Assembly: GCA_963675595.2 (NCBI GenBank)
Contig: CAXXLZ010000001.1
Location: 736,001 to 800,000 of the forward strand
Reading direction: 5' to 3'
DNA length: 64,000 nt
From: Thermodesulfobacteriota bacterium
GTDB taxonomy: Bacteria; Desulfobacterota; Desulfarculia; JACQYL01
In this document: positions 51,685-61,537 of the stretch, piece after piece
How the letters are laid out: each line of letters begins with the position of its first letter
How positions within the stretch are numbered: the first letter of the stretch is position 1
Program-made: the position numbers and the translations under genes
Notes under the pieces: generated by a model
Databases searched by the model: none
What the model was told of the DNA's origin: nothing
What the model saw: only the letters and a program-made list of their open reading frames with translations

Positions 51685-52896
51685 CTACACCAACCACCGT
51701 ACGTGGTAGTCCGCCTTTTCCAACCGATCGACGATATCTTGCGAATGTTCGGCGTCCCGCGTTTCGAGGTTGAGTTGTACCCGGGAGAATTTGATGGGCG
51801 TTTGCAGGGATAGGCGGTCGTGAACGATGTGCAGGATATTGGCTTCGAGTTCGGCGACAATGCCCAGGAGGTTCCAAAGGGCCCCCGGCACGTCCGGCAG
51901 GTCCAGTTCCAGACGGATCAGCCTTCCCATGCGCATGGCGCCACGCTGGAGAATGCGGTCGATGACTGCGGTTTCGACGTTGCCGCCGCTCACGATGAGA
52001 ACATAACGCCTGCTTTGGATGTGGATTCGTCGTTCCATCAGGGCGGCCAGGGGGACCGCGCCCGCTCCCTCCACGACCAGACCGGCGCGTTCAATAAAGG
52101 TGAAAACGGCTCCGGCGATGGCCTCTTCATCCACGGTGACGATTTCGTCCACGAAGTCCCGCATGATGTCATAGGTCAGGTCGCCGGTCTTGCTCACGGC
52201 GATTCCGTCGGCCAGTGTGGGCAACGCATCCACCCGGATGGGCTTCCCCATTTCTCGTGATGCCTGCGCCGAGGGGCAGCTTTGCGTTTGGACTCCCACA
52301 ACGCGCACGGCGGGATTGATGGATTTGACCGCCGTTGCGATACCTGAAATGAGCCCTCCTCCTCCAACGGGCACCACCACCGTGGTGTCCGGAGTGAGGA
52401 CCTCGTTGATCTCGACTCCTATAGTCCCCTGGCCGGCCATAACGTGAAGATCGTCAAAAGCCGGGATCAGTACCTTCCCGGACTTTGCGGAGAGTTCCGC
52501 GGCATGGGTTTTCGCGTCATCAAAACAGGAGCCGTGGAGCACGACTTGGGCCCCCATTTCCCGGACGGCGGCCAATTTGCGAATGGACGCGTTCTTCGGC
52601 ATGACCACGGTGGCCCGTAATCCGAGCCGGTTCGCGGCCCAGGCCACTCCCTGTGCATGGTTGCCCGCGGAGGCGGCCACCACACCTTCGGCTCTCTCGT
52701 CTTCCGTGAGGCGCAGGAGGCGATTGTAGGCGCCCCTTACCTTGAAGGAACCGGTTTCCTGAAGGTTTTCCAGTTTGAGGCAGACCTCCGCCCCCACCTG
52801 ACGACTCAATGAGCCCGAACGTATCAGGGGAGTGGCGGGAAGCACTTGTTGCAGCGTCGTGTGAGCGCTGCGAATGTCTTCAATGGTGAGGTGCAT
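51685..52896 (-). CDS. ilvA: Threonine ammonia-lyase (single C-terminal ACT domain)
   Basis: KLENLQETGSFKVRGA, SAGNHAQG, PVGGGGLISG, LADGIAV, SGGN, ACT PDVPGAL. Confidence 0.93.
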   Translation of the reverse strand: MHLTIEDIRSAHTTLQQVLPATPLIRSGSLSRQVGAEVCLKLENLQETGSFKVRGAYNRLLRLTEDERAEGVVAASAGNHAQGVAWAANRLGLRATVVMPKNASIRKLAAVREMGAQVVLHGSCFDDAKTHAAELSAKSGKVLIPAFDDLHVMAGQGTIGVEINEVLTPDTTVVVPVGGGGLISGIATAVKSINPAVRVVGVQTQSCPSAQASREMGKPIRVDALPTLADGIAVSKTGDLTYDIMRDFVDEIVTVDEEAIAGAVFTFIERAGLVVEGAGAVPLAALMERRIHIQSRRYVLIVSGGNVETAVIDRILQRGAMRMGRLIRLELDLPDVPGALWNLLGIVAELEANILHIVHDRLSLQTPIKFSRVQLNLETRDAEHSQDIVDRLEKADYHVRWLV

Positions 52897-52954
52897 GGCG
52901 GCGTTCCGTAACGGCATGGACTCAAGTGGGTTGGGCGTAAAATTCGACGGATGA

Positions 52955-53425
52955 TCAGAGATCAAGAATTCGTTTCAATGCCGAGGGCTCTAATCGAAAG
53001 GGACTTCCTTTGCCTTGGTAAAAGCCGTGGTCATGGATCATATGCACGACCAAGTCGGTGTAGCTGATCTTTTCGCCGGTTTCTTTTTTCTCCAGTCGAA
53101 CCATCCCCTTACGGTAAAGTCCCGGATGGGGCCAGGGACAGGCGATTTTTCCCCGGGCTTCTTGAACTTCCACCAGGAAAGCTCCTTCCACTTCCACCGG
53201 CTCCCCCCATCCTTTTCTGCCTTCTTCCATAAGCAGATGTAACCGATCCGCGATTTGCTCATGCGTGAGGCCCAAGGAATGGACCGTACAATCGTCTCCG
53301 CTCAGGATTTCGATCAAACGTCGGTCGTCTTGACCCATGAAGCCGTGAGCAGGAGAGGCCCGAAGTCTCATCTTCTCTTCCAACCGATCCAGCCACGGAC
53401 CTTGGATCACCCGGTCCTGCGCCAT
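52955..53425 (-). CDS. Hypothetical protein with Cys/His motifs
   Basis: GAGGAG RBS; RGKIACPWPH, HMIHDHGFYQGKGSPFR; closely spaced between nqrF and ilvA. Confidence 0.75.
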   Translation of the reverse strand: MAQDRVIQGPWLDRLEEKMRLRASPAHGFMGQDDRRLIEILSGDDCTVHSLGLTHEQIADRLHLLMEEGRKGWGEPVEVEGAFLVEVQEARGKIACPWPHPGLYRKGMVRLEKKETGEKISYTDLVVHMIHDHGFYQGKGSPFRLEPSALKRILDL

Positions 53426-53446
53426 GCATTCGCTCCTCGGGGTAGG

Positions 53447-54550
53447 TCAGGCAAACTTGTCATAGAATATTTGTTCCTTGGGAACGCCCATTTGGGTAAG
53501 CTGCTGCTCGACGGACTCCACCATGGCCGGATTTCCGCAGATATAGGCTTCCACATTGGAGGGGTCCTTAACGAGATCGGGGATGACATCGGTAACACGA
53601 CCCCGCGGGCCTTCCCATTGCTCATGTTCTTCGGGTCTGGAAAGGGTGTGTACGACCTTGAGATCGGGAATCCGTTCTTTCAGCCGGTTCAGTTCCTCGA
53701 GGTAAAACAGGTCTCCCATACGGCGGGCCCCGAAGACCAGAAAGACTTTGCGGCGAATGTTTTCGTCCGCCAAGTGGTGCAGGATGGACATGATGGGGGC
53801 GAGTCCGGAGCCTGTGGCCACCAACAGAACATCCCGCTCCGAATCTCTGAGGTAGAATTCTCCATGGGGACCGTTAAGAAGCGTTTCGTCCCCTTCGTTC
53901 AGATGTTCATGCACGTAAGTCGTGGCGATGCCTTGGGGCACACGCGTAATGATCAGGTGAATTTCTTCGCCTTTGCTCGCCGGTGAAGCGATGGAATAGG
54001 CGCGATAAACCGGCTCGTCCGAATCTCCGTATTCGGGGATTCGAAGCTGGACGAACTGGCCGGCCTTGAATTCCATCACGGGCGGATCGACGAGTTTCAA
54101 GCGGACCTCCTTCATATCCTCGGCGATGTCTCGAAGTCCCGATATCCTGGCCGTGAACTCCTTAATGTAAAACAACTCGGGTGGAATGTGGATGGCCAGA
54201 TCGTTGCGAACCTTCACCTGGCAGGAAAGTCGAACTTGGTCCTCGATTTCCTTCTTGTCCAGATAAGGCGTCTCCGTGGGCAAGAGGGGACCGGCTCCTT
54301 CGGAAACCTTGACCTTGCAGAGACCGCAGCTTCCTCTCCCGCCGCAAGCCGAAGGAATGAAAATACCTTCGTCGGTCAATATCCCCAGCAGGTGTCCTCC
54401 CCCTTGGACCACCAGTTCCCGATCGCCTTCATTGATGGAAATCCTGCACTCTCCATAATCTGCGAAATAGGAATCGGCGGTTTCGAGGCACAAAGCGAGG
54501 AACCCCGCGAGTGCGCTCAATGCCAGAATTCCTACGAAAACACTCACCAT
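53447..54550 (-). CDS. nqrF: NqrF-like [2Fe-2S]/FAD/NAD(P)H reductase with N-terminal membrane anchor
   Basis: IPSACGGRGSCGLC, RLSCQVKV, RAYSIAS, GPHG, ATGSGLAP, YICG, YDKF. Confidence 0.8.
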   Translation of the reverse strand: MVSVFVGILALSALAGFLALCLETADSYFADYGECRISINEGDRELVVQGGGHLLGILTDEGIFIPSACGGRGSCGLCKVKVSEGAGPLLPTETPYLDKKEIEDQVRLSCQVKVRNDLAIHIPPELFYIKEFTARISGLRDIAEDMKEVRLKLVDPPVMEFKAGQFVQLRIPEYGDSDEPVYRAYSIASPASKGEEIHLIITRVPQGIATTYVHEHLNEGDETLLNGPHGEFYLRDSERDVLLVATGSGLAPIMSILHHLADENIRRKVFLVFGARRMGDLFYLEELNRLKERIPDLKVVHTLSRPEEHEQWEGPRGRVTDVIPDLVKDPSNVEAYICGNPAMVESVEQQLTQMGVPKEQIFYDKFA

Positions 54551-54560
54551 GGATCGGACC

Positions 54561-55154
54561 TCACTGCATCTGGATCATGCCGCTGAAACCCATGAATGCG
54601 AGGGCCATCAGACCGGCAATAATGAGGCTGATCCCGGGACCCTCCAAAGGGGTCGGGATTTTGGCTTTGGCGAGCTTCTCCCGGATGCCGCCCATGGCCA
54701 CGATGGCCAAAGTCCATCCGATTCCTCCTCCGGCACCGTAGGCCACGGATTGGACAAAAGAGTAGTTACGGATGATCATGAAAAGGCAAACCCCAAGAAT
54801 TGCACAATTCACGGTGATCAATGGAAGAAATACGCCCAGGACGACGTAAAGTACCGGAGAATAGCGTTCAATGACCATTTCAACCAACTGAACAAAAGCG
54901 GCGATAACGATGATAAACGCGATGAAACGAAAGTGCTCAAGGCCGAAGGGCACGAGGAGTTGGTGATAGACGAGATGGTTCAGCCCGGACGTGCACGTCA
55001 TCACGAAAATGACTGCCAAGCCCAAGCCGAGTGCCGGCTTCACCTCCCTCGATATGGCCAGGAAGGAGCACATACCCAGGAAGTTGGTCAGCAGGATGTT
55101 GTTCGTAAAGATCGCCGCGAAAAAGATTACGAACGCGGTGGTGCCTAGTTCCAT
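54561..55154 (-). CDS. nqrE: NqrE/RnfA-family membrane subunit
   Basis: NNILLTNFLGMCSFL, FVQLVEM, FLPLITVNCAILG, LAFMGFSG. Confidence 0.82.
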   Translation of the reverse strand: MELGTTAFVIFFAAIFTNNILLTNFLGMCSFLAISREVKPALGLGLAVIFVMTCTSGLNHLVYHQLLVPFGLEHFRFIAFIIVIAAFVQLVEMVIERYSPVLYVVLGVFLPLITVNCAILGVCLFMIIRNYSFVQSVAYGAGGGIGWTLAIVAMGGIREKLAKAKIPTPLEGPGISLIIAGLMALAFMGFSGMIQMQ

Positions 55155-55164
55155 GGGAAATCCT

Positions 55165-55800
55165 TCAACGTGCGGCCGTTTCCGCGCCGCCTTCCTTCTT
55201 GTCGGATTTGGATCCGGCGGCGCGGACGATCCAAATCACCACGGCCAGCATAAAAAAGGCTCCGGGCGGCATTACCATTATCGTCCAGCGGGTCATGTCC
55301 GATGGGGTTACCGGGTAACCGAAAACCGTTCCGAACCCCAGAAGTTCCCTGACGAAGGCCACGGCGAGAAGTACCAGCGCATATCCCAATCCCGAAGCGA
55401 TACCGTCGATGAAACTCGGCCACGGAGGATTGTTCCTGGCGAAGGCTTCGCATCTTCCCATAATGATGCAGTTGGTGATGATGAGCCCCACGTATGCGCC
55501 CAACGCTTCGCTGATATCCGGCAGGTAGGCCTTCAGCAAAATATCCACGATGATTACGTAGGAAGCGATGATCAGGGTTTGAACCATCATCCGGATGCGT
55601 GAGGGCGTCACCTTTCTCAAAATGGAGACGGTGACACAGGATAGAGAGGTGACGAAAATAAGGCTGACGCCCATGATCAGGGTATTCAACATGAGATTCG
55701 TTACGGCCAGAGCCGAACAAATTCCGAGGATCTGCCTGAATACGGGGTTCTCTTCCCACAACCCCTTGATCATGATTTTTCGAGTGCCGATGTGACCCAC
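55165..55800 (-). CDS. nqrD: NqrD/RnfE-family membrane subunit
   Basis: ENPVFRQILGICSALAVT, VGLIITNCIIMGR, RELLGFGT, PPGAF. Confidence 0.82.
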   Translation of the reverse strand: MGHIGTRKIMIKGLWEENPVFRQILGICSALAVTNLMLNTLIMGVSLIFVTSLSCVTVSILRKVTPSRIRMMVQTLIIASYVIIVDILLKAYLPDISEALGAYVGLIITNCIIMGRCEAFARNNPPWPSFIDGIASGLGYALVLLAVAFVRELLGFGTVFGYPVTPSDMTRWTIMVMPPGAFFMLAVVIWIVRAAGSKSDKKEGGAETAAR

Positions 55801-55816
55801 AATTGACCTCTTGACC

Positions 55817-56470
55817 TTATTTGGACCCTATTCGTTTTCCCGACAACTCGGCGAGTTGGGGCAGCACCCTGTGGATACTCGCGTTTATGAGCCGCTCGAC
55901 GGCTTTGCTGGTACCCGTGGCGCCGGTGACGGCATCGACTTCGTTCGCCCCTTTGACGGCTTCGGGCGGGCGCAGCCGGAAAAATACTTCGTCCGGGGCC
56001 GGCGATGAGGGAAGCATTTTACCTTTGAATTGCTCGGTGAACCAGGATTCGCTGATTCTACCACCCAGTCCGGGTGTCTCGGAATGCTTGTAAAAGGCGA
56101 CACCAAGGACCTCTCGAAGATCGGGACCTAGACCCATCATGCCGTGAATGGGACCCCAGAATCCCGGTCCCGACAGTTGAAAGGCATAACCCACGGTCCC
56201 GGCGCCGTGATCCGATTTGCCGATGTATACGGGACCGGACTCCAATTGCACCGTTTTCACCCTGTTCTTGAACAGCTCCAACACCCCCTGACCTTCGACA
56301 CCGGGAGGCACCGAAATATTCAGAACTTTGAGGATGATCCCCTCTAATTTGATCCGGTCGTTGGTTTCGATTCTGTCCTGGTTCAATCCATACACGATGC
56401 TGACCACCGTGCCGAAGAACAGGGTGATCAGGAACATGTACAAAACCGAAAATGCCCTGTTTCGTTTCAT
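55817..56470 (-). CDS. nqrC: NqrC/RnfG-family FMN-binding subunit
   Basis: GFWGPI, HSETPGLG, FMN-ylation motif DAVTGAT. Confidence 0.82.
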   Translation of the reverse strand: MKRNRAFSVLYMFLITLFFGTVVSIVYGLNQDRIETNDRIKLEGIILKVLNISVPPGVEGQGVLELFKNRVKTVQLESGPVYIGKSDHGAGTVGYAFQLSGPGFWGPIHGMMGLGPDLREVLGVAFYKHSETPGLGGRISESWFTEQFKGKMLPSSPAPDEVFFRLRPPEAVKGANEVDAVTGATGTSKAVERLINASIHRVLPQLAELSGKRIGSK

Positions 56471-57435
56471 GCCTTTTTTTCACCGCGGTGCTGTAGTTCT
56501 TTGACGGCGATATCCATCACTGCCGCGAAGGTGTTCATGAAAAGGACGGAAAACATGAATCCTTCGGCGAAACTCGAATAGGCTCGAAAGGTCATGCACA
56601 GGCCCCCCACGATAAACCCGTAGATCCATTGGGCCGGTTTTGTTTTGGGCCCGGTGATGGGTTCGGTGACCACGAAAAAAGCGCCGAACAGAAAAGAGCC
56701 GGCCAGCATTGAAGTCAGGGGATCCTGCACGTTCACGCCGGCCCACCACAGGAGGATGCTCACAATGGCGGCTCCCAGCAGGCACGACACGGCGAGACGC
56801 CAGGGAGCGGATTTCTTAAAGATGATGTAGGCACCGCCGATGAGTATCAACCAAGCGGCGGTTTCCCCCAGGGAACCGGACACCGTGCCCCAAAACAGAC
56901 CCTCCGTGGATACGTTCCCTCCTTCGGCGAGTACCTGCAAGGGGGTGGCGCGACTCACGGCGTCCACGGACGGAGTCCAGTGAAGAAAACCTCCGGGGAA
57001 TTGGGAAAAGGGCTCGACCCACTTGTTGGTCATGGCCGTGGGAAACGCTATGTAGATGAAACAGCGGCCGGCCATGGCCGGATTAAACGCATTGAAGCCG
57101 AAGCCCCCAAAGACCATCTTTCCGAATACCACCGCAAACAATATCCCTACCAGGGCCATCCAGAAAGGGATCGTGGGCGGCAGACTCAGAGTATAAATCA
57201 GTGAGGTCACCAGCACGGCGGAAGTGATGGGCTTGCCTTGTTTCAACGTGAACAGACCTTCGGCAATCACGGCGGCCGCAGTGACCATGAGCAGGAGAAC
57301 CAACGACCGAACTCCGAAAAAGAAAACCGAGGCCGCCAGACACGGCGCCAGACCGTAACACACGTGCACCATCATGGGTTGCACGAGGAATCTCTTCTTG
57401 CCCTTGGGGGCTGCTTTGGCTTCCTGTGGGGTCAC
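56467..57435 (-). CDS. NqrB/RnfD-family membrane subunit (short, RnfD-sized)
   Basis: KMVFGGFGFNAFNPA, DAVSRATPL, GSLGET, TEPITGP, EGFMFSVL. Confidence 0.85.
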   Translation of the reverse strand: MTPQEAKAAPKGKKRFLVQPMMVHVCYGLAPCLAASVFFFGVRSLVLLLMVTAAAVIAEGLFTLKQGKPITSAVLVTSLIYTLSLPPTIPFWMALVGILFAVVFGKMVFGGFGFNAFNPAMAGRCFIYIAFPTAMTNKWVEPFSQFPGGFLHWTPSVDAVSRATPLQVLAEGGNVSTEGLFWGTVSGSLGETAAWLILIGGAYIIFKKSAPWRLAVSCLLGAAIVSILLWWAGVNVQDPLTSMLAGSFLFGAFFVVTEPITGPKTKPAQWIYGFIVGGLCMTFRAYSSFAEGFMFSVLFMNTFAAVMDIAVKELQHRGEKKA

Positions 57436-57671
57436 ATTCCGATCCGAAAGTTAACGATTCTCCGCGGCGAACTCCGATCCCGCACGTCCCGCACACCACC
57501 GCAGTTTAGATTTCGTTGCAGGCGATTTCAACAGAAGAAGAAATATCCGGAATTATATATCTTGGAGGGCCTGATGAGAAAGCCTTGCGAAGGGCCGGAT
57601 GTATTCGGCGAGATCGGCCCTCCCTACCGGTGCGCCCGGCGCAGCGGGCGTCACTCGCCGGTCTGACGCGG

Positions 57672-59120
57672 TTATTGCTCCACATGTGCTCGGTTCTTCC
57701 CGCTTTTTGGAAGGACATGCGTGGATGTTCCCATGATGATCTCGGCGGCTTCACCTTCGGTTTCCGACAGAGTCGGGTGCGCATGAATGGTGAGCGCCAA
57801 GTCTTCGGCCACAGCGCCCATCTCCATGGCGAGGACCGCTTCCGCTATGATTCCTTCGGCCTGGCGTCCCACGACTCCGACGCCCAGAATTCTACCGTCC
57901 TCCGGGTTTACGATCATTTTGGTCATTCCTTCGGGCGCCTCCATACTCAAGGCACGCCCGGAGTATTTCCAGGGGAAGCGTGACACTTCCACCCTGATTC
58001 CTTTGGCTCGGGCCGACTCTTCAGTAAGGCCGCACCATGCGATCTGGGGTGTGGTGTACACCACCGCGGGAATCGCCCGTACGTCGAACGCCGACGACTT
58101 CCCGGCGATGACTTCGGCGGCGATCTTGCCCTCACGCATGGCCTTGTGGGCCAGCATGTATCCACCGACCACATCGCCGATCGCCAGAATTTTGGGGTCG
58201 GAGGTTCGTTGTTGATCGTCCGCTACCACGTAACCCCGGTCATTGAGTTTCACTTGCGTGTTTTCGAGTCCCAATCCCTGAGTGTTCGGGTCCCTGCCGA
58301 CGGCTACGAGCACCCGATCGAATGTCCGATCGGCGTTTTCCCCCTCTCCCTCAAGAGAAACCTCCACACGGTCGTCGAACTCCTTCAAGGATTTGACTTT
58401 CGTGTTGAAGTGAATCGCTTTGAAAGCGCTCTCGAGTCTTCGTTTCAGGGGCGCCACCAAATCCGGATCCGCCGGACGCACCAATCGGTCCCTGTGCACC
58501 ACCAGGGTGATTTCCGTGCCCAAAGAGGCGTACACGGAGCCCATTTCCAACGCTACGTAGCCTCCCCCCACGATAAGCATGGACTTCGGGATATCAGATA
58601 ATTTGAGAGCTCCGGTAGAACCGAAAACACGGCCGTCTTCGTTGATGGAGATACCTTGAAGAGTGCTGGGCCGGGAACCGGTGGCCAGGATTGCGTGACG
58701 GAAACGAATGCGGCGCACTTCGGCGTCCTGGAGGCGCACCGTGTCCGAGCTCTCAAAGGTCGTTTTTCCCTTGATGAATTGAACGCCGCGCTTCTTGCAC
58801 AATTCCAGAAGACCGTCTGTGAGCTTACTCACCACGCCGTCTTTCCAACCGCGAATCTTATCGACGTCGATTTTCGGCTCCCCGAAGGTAAGGCCGAAAG
58901 CGGAGGCCTCTTGCGCGTCGTTGATCAATTCGGACACGTGGAGCAAGGCCTTGGAAGGGATGCAGCCCCGATTGAGGCAGACGCCTCCCGGCTTGGGGTC
59001 CATATCCACCATGGCTACATCCAGGCCGAGGTCGGCCGCTCGAAAGGCCGCCGCATATCCACCCGGACCGCTGCCGACGACCAGCAGCTCAACGTCTTCC
59101 GTGAATTCGCCCATGACCAT
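57672..59120 (-). CDS. lpdA: Dihydrolipoyl dehydrogenase (E3)
   Basis: GSGPGGY, GGVCLNRGCIPSK, GGGYVALE, HAHPTLSE. Confidence 0.96.
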   Translation of the reverse strand: MVMGEFTEDVELLVVGSGPGGYAAAFRAADLGLDVAMVDMDPKPGGVCLNRGCIPSKALLHVSELINDAQEASAFGLTFGEPKIDVDKIRGWKDGVVSKLTDGLLELCKKRGVQFIKGKTTFESSDTVRLQDAEVRRIRFRHAILATGSRPSTLQGISINEDGRVFGSTGALKLSDIPKSMLIVGGGYVALEMGSVYASLGTEITLVVHRDRLVRPADPDLVAPLKRRLESAFKAIHFNTKVKSLKEFDDRVEVSLEGEGENADRTFDRVLVAVGRDPNTQGLGLENTQVKLNDRGYVVADDQQRTSDPKILAIGDVVGGYMLAHKAMREGKIAAEVIAGKSSAFDVRAIPAVVYTTPQIAWCGLTEESARAKGIRVEVSRFPWKYSGRALSMEAPEGMTKMIVNPEDGRILGVGVVGRQAEGIIAEAVLAMEMGAVAEDLALTIHAHPTLSETEGEAAEIIMGTSTHVLPKSGKNRAHVEQ

Positions 59121-59197
59121 GAAATGCTACCTCCCGTGTTTGAATACCTCGCTCAAAACCGTTCCTGATCCGATGCGGATCGGCGGCAAGCCGCGAA

Positions 59198-60541
59198 TCA
59201 GATGACCATGAGTAATCGCTCGGGATCCTCCAATGCCTTGACGATTTCGATCAGGAAGCGTTCGGCGTCCGCCCCGTCGAGTACCCTGTGATCGAAAGAA
59301 AGCATGATGGGCAGAATCAACCTGGGTTTGATTTCATAGTCTCCGTTTTCCACGTCCCCTTGGACGACGGGCTGCCATGAAGCCCGGGCAAGCCCCAAAA
59401 TGGCCGCCTCAGGATAATTGATGATGGGGGCGAAGGCGGTTCCCCCCAAAGGACCGATGTTTGTAATGGTGAAGGTGCCGCCCTGCATTTCTTCCAGTTT
59501 GATTTTTCGGTCTCGGGTTCTTTGGGACAGCTCGAAAAGTTCCACCGCCAGTTCGCGGATGCTTTTGCGGTCCACGTCGCGGATCACCGGTACGATGAGT
59601 CCGTCCGGCGTGTCCACGGCTACTCCGATATGATAATATTTCTTCAGAATGATTTCTTCGGATTCCATGTCCAACGAGGCGTTGAAGCGGGGGAATTTCT
59701 TCAAGGCGGCAACGGCCGCTTTCAGGGCGAACACCGTGAGCGTAAGTCGGCCGCCGAGTTCCTCGATTTCCTGTTTATGCTTTTTCCGCAGGGCGTCCAG
59801 TTGGGTGATATCCGCGATTTCCTGGCTGCCCACATGAGGGATCTGCGCCCATGCCAGGGCCATCTGACGGGCGGTGGCTTTCCGCACCGAACGCAGGGGG
59901 ATCCTTTCCACTTCTCCCCATTTACCCATGTCCGGAAGAGTGGGGGCCTTGGTGGATGGGGCTTCGACCGGTCGAGCTGCTTTTTCCTGTCTCGTCGGGG
60001 TCGCTTCCGCTTGTGCCGAAAAGGCCTTAACGTCTTCGGAGGTTACCCGTCCCGAAGGGCCGGACGGAGTCACCCGGTGCAGGTCGACTCCCAACTCGCG
60101 AGCGAGACGCCTGGTAGCCGGAGAGGCCGGAACCGGTCCTTGCTCCGTGGTCTTCGCCTCCTCCCGACCTTGCTTCGAGGGTTCGGGTTTGGGTTGCTCG
60201 GGAGGTTTCTTCTTGGGTTCCTCTCCCTCGGCCTTGGCCTTCTCGTCTTCTTCCTTCTCGGGCTTGGCTGAGGCGGACGACGGCTCCTGTTTCGGGGGCG
60301 CCGCTCCGTCGGAAAAGGTCACGAGCACATCTCCCACGTGAACCACATCGCGCACTTGCACCGAGATCTTTTCCACGGCTCCTGTGAAGGGGGACGGAAT
60401 CTCAACGGTGGCTTTGTCCGTTTCGACCTCGAGAATGGGGTCTCCTTCCTCGACTTGGTCCCCTTGGTTGACCAGAATGGAGACAATTTCTCCTTCGTGG
60501 ATTCCTTCTCCCAGATCGGGCAGCTTGAATTCCGCAGACAT
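59198..60541 (-). CDS. pdhC: Dihydrolipoamide acyltransferase (E2)
   Basis: Lipoyl domain ETDKA, PASPATRRLARE, DHRVLDG. Confidence 0.92.
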   Translation of the reverse strand: MSAEFKLPDLGEGIHEGEIVSILVNQGDQVEEGDPILEVETDKATVEIPSPFTGAVEKISVQVRDVVHVGDVLVTFSDGAAPPKQEPSSASAKPEKEEDEKAKAEGEEPKKKPPEQPKPEPSKQGREEAKTTEQGPVPASPATRRLARELGVDLHRVTPSGPSGRVTSEDVKAFSAQAEATPTRQEKAARPVEAPSTKAPTLPDMGKWGEVERIPLRSVRKATARQMALAWAQIPHVGSQEIADITQLDALRKKHKQEIEELGGRLTLTVFALKAAVAALKKFPRFNASLDMESEEIILKKYYHIGVAVDTPDGLIVPVIRDVDRKSIRELAVELFELSQRTRDRKIKLEEMQGGTFTITNIGPLGGTAFAPIINYPEAAILGLARASWQPVVQGDVENGDYEIKPRLILPIMLSFDHRVLDGADAERFLIEIVKALEDPERLLMVI

Positions 60542-60553
60542 GGGTTCTCCTCG

Positions 60554-61537
60554 CTATTTCACGCTCAAGACGTTTCGGGCCGCTTTGGTGATCCGTTGCG
60601 CATCGGGGAGGTAGTCGTTCTCCCTTGCGAACAGAGGAATCACGATATCGAAGCCCGTGACGCGGGCAATGGGGGCCTCCAGATAGAAGAAAGCCTTTTC
60701 CATGATTCGGGTGATAATCTCCGCACCCGGTCCAAAGCTCCTGGGAGCTTCGTGAACGATCACGGCCCTTCCGGTCTTGCGTACCGATTCGGCGATCGGC
60801 TCGTCGTCCAGGGGAGAAATCGTCAGCAGATCGATGACCTCACATTCCACACCGTCGGATTCCTTCAGTTGCTCGGCCGCTTCGAGGGTAGGGCGCATCA
60901 TGGCCCCGTAGGCCACCATGGTCAGGTCCTTTCCTTCCCGGACAACTCGGGGCTTCCCGATGGGGAAAGTCTCCTCTTCTTCGGGGACCTCTTCCCTGAA
61001 TGCTCGATACACAGCCTTGGGTTCGTAAAAAATTACCGGGTCGGGGTCCCGGATGGCGCTGATAAGTAGAGATCGGGCGATTCTCGGGCCGGACGGGATC
61101 ACCATTTTGAGGCCGGGCGTATGAGCCCAATAGGCTTCGCGGCTCTCGGAATGGTGCTCAAGGGCGCGTACGCCCCCACCGTAGGGCGTCCTCAATACCA
61201 TGGGAACCTGATATTTCCCCTGGGAGCGTCTTCGGATGCGGGCGGCGTGGCTTTCCAGTTGATGGAAATTCTCATAAGTGAAACCCGAAAACTGAATTTC
61301 ACAGATCGGCCGCAGGCCATAGATCGCCATGCCGATGGACATGCCGACAATGCCTGATTCAGCCAAGGGTGTGTCCATGACCCGATTTTCCCCGAACTTC
61401 CCGACAAGGCCCTCCGTGACCCGGAAAACCCCCTCGTCTCTGCCCACGTCCTCGCCGAGGAGGATGACACGGTCGTCTTTTTCCATCTCCTGATGCAACG
61501 CCAAATTGATCGCCTGGACCATGTTCATTTTAGCCAT
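60554..61537 (-). CDS. pdhB: 2-oxoacid (pyruvate) dehydrogenase E1 beta
   Basis: GEDVG, DTPLAESG, EIQFSGF, EHHSES, FYEPK. Confidence 0.93.
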   Translation of the reverse strand: MAKMNMVQAINLALHQEMEKDDRVILLGEDVGRDEGVFRVTEGLVGKFGENRVMDTPLAESGIVGMSIGMAIYGLRPICEIQFSGFTYENFHQLESHAARIRRRSQGKYQVPMVLRTPYGGGVRALEHHSESREAYWAHTPGLKMVIPSGPRIARSLLISAIRDPDPVIFYEPKAVYRAFREEVPEEEETFPIGKPRVVREGKDLTMVAYGAMMRPTLEAAEQLKESDGVECEVIDLLTISPLDDEPIAESVRKTGRAVIVHEAPRSFGPGAEIITRIMEKAFFYLEAPIARVTGFDIVIPLFARENDYLPDAQRITKAARNVLSVK

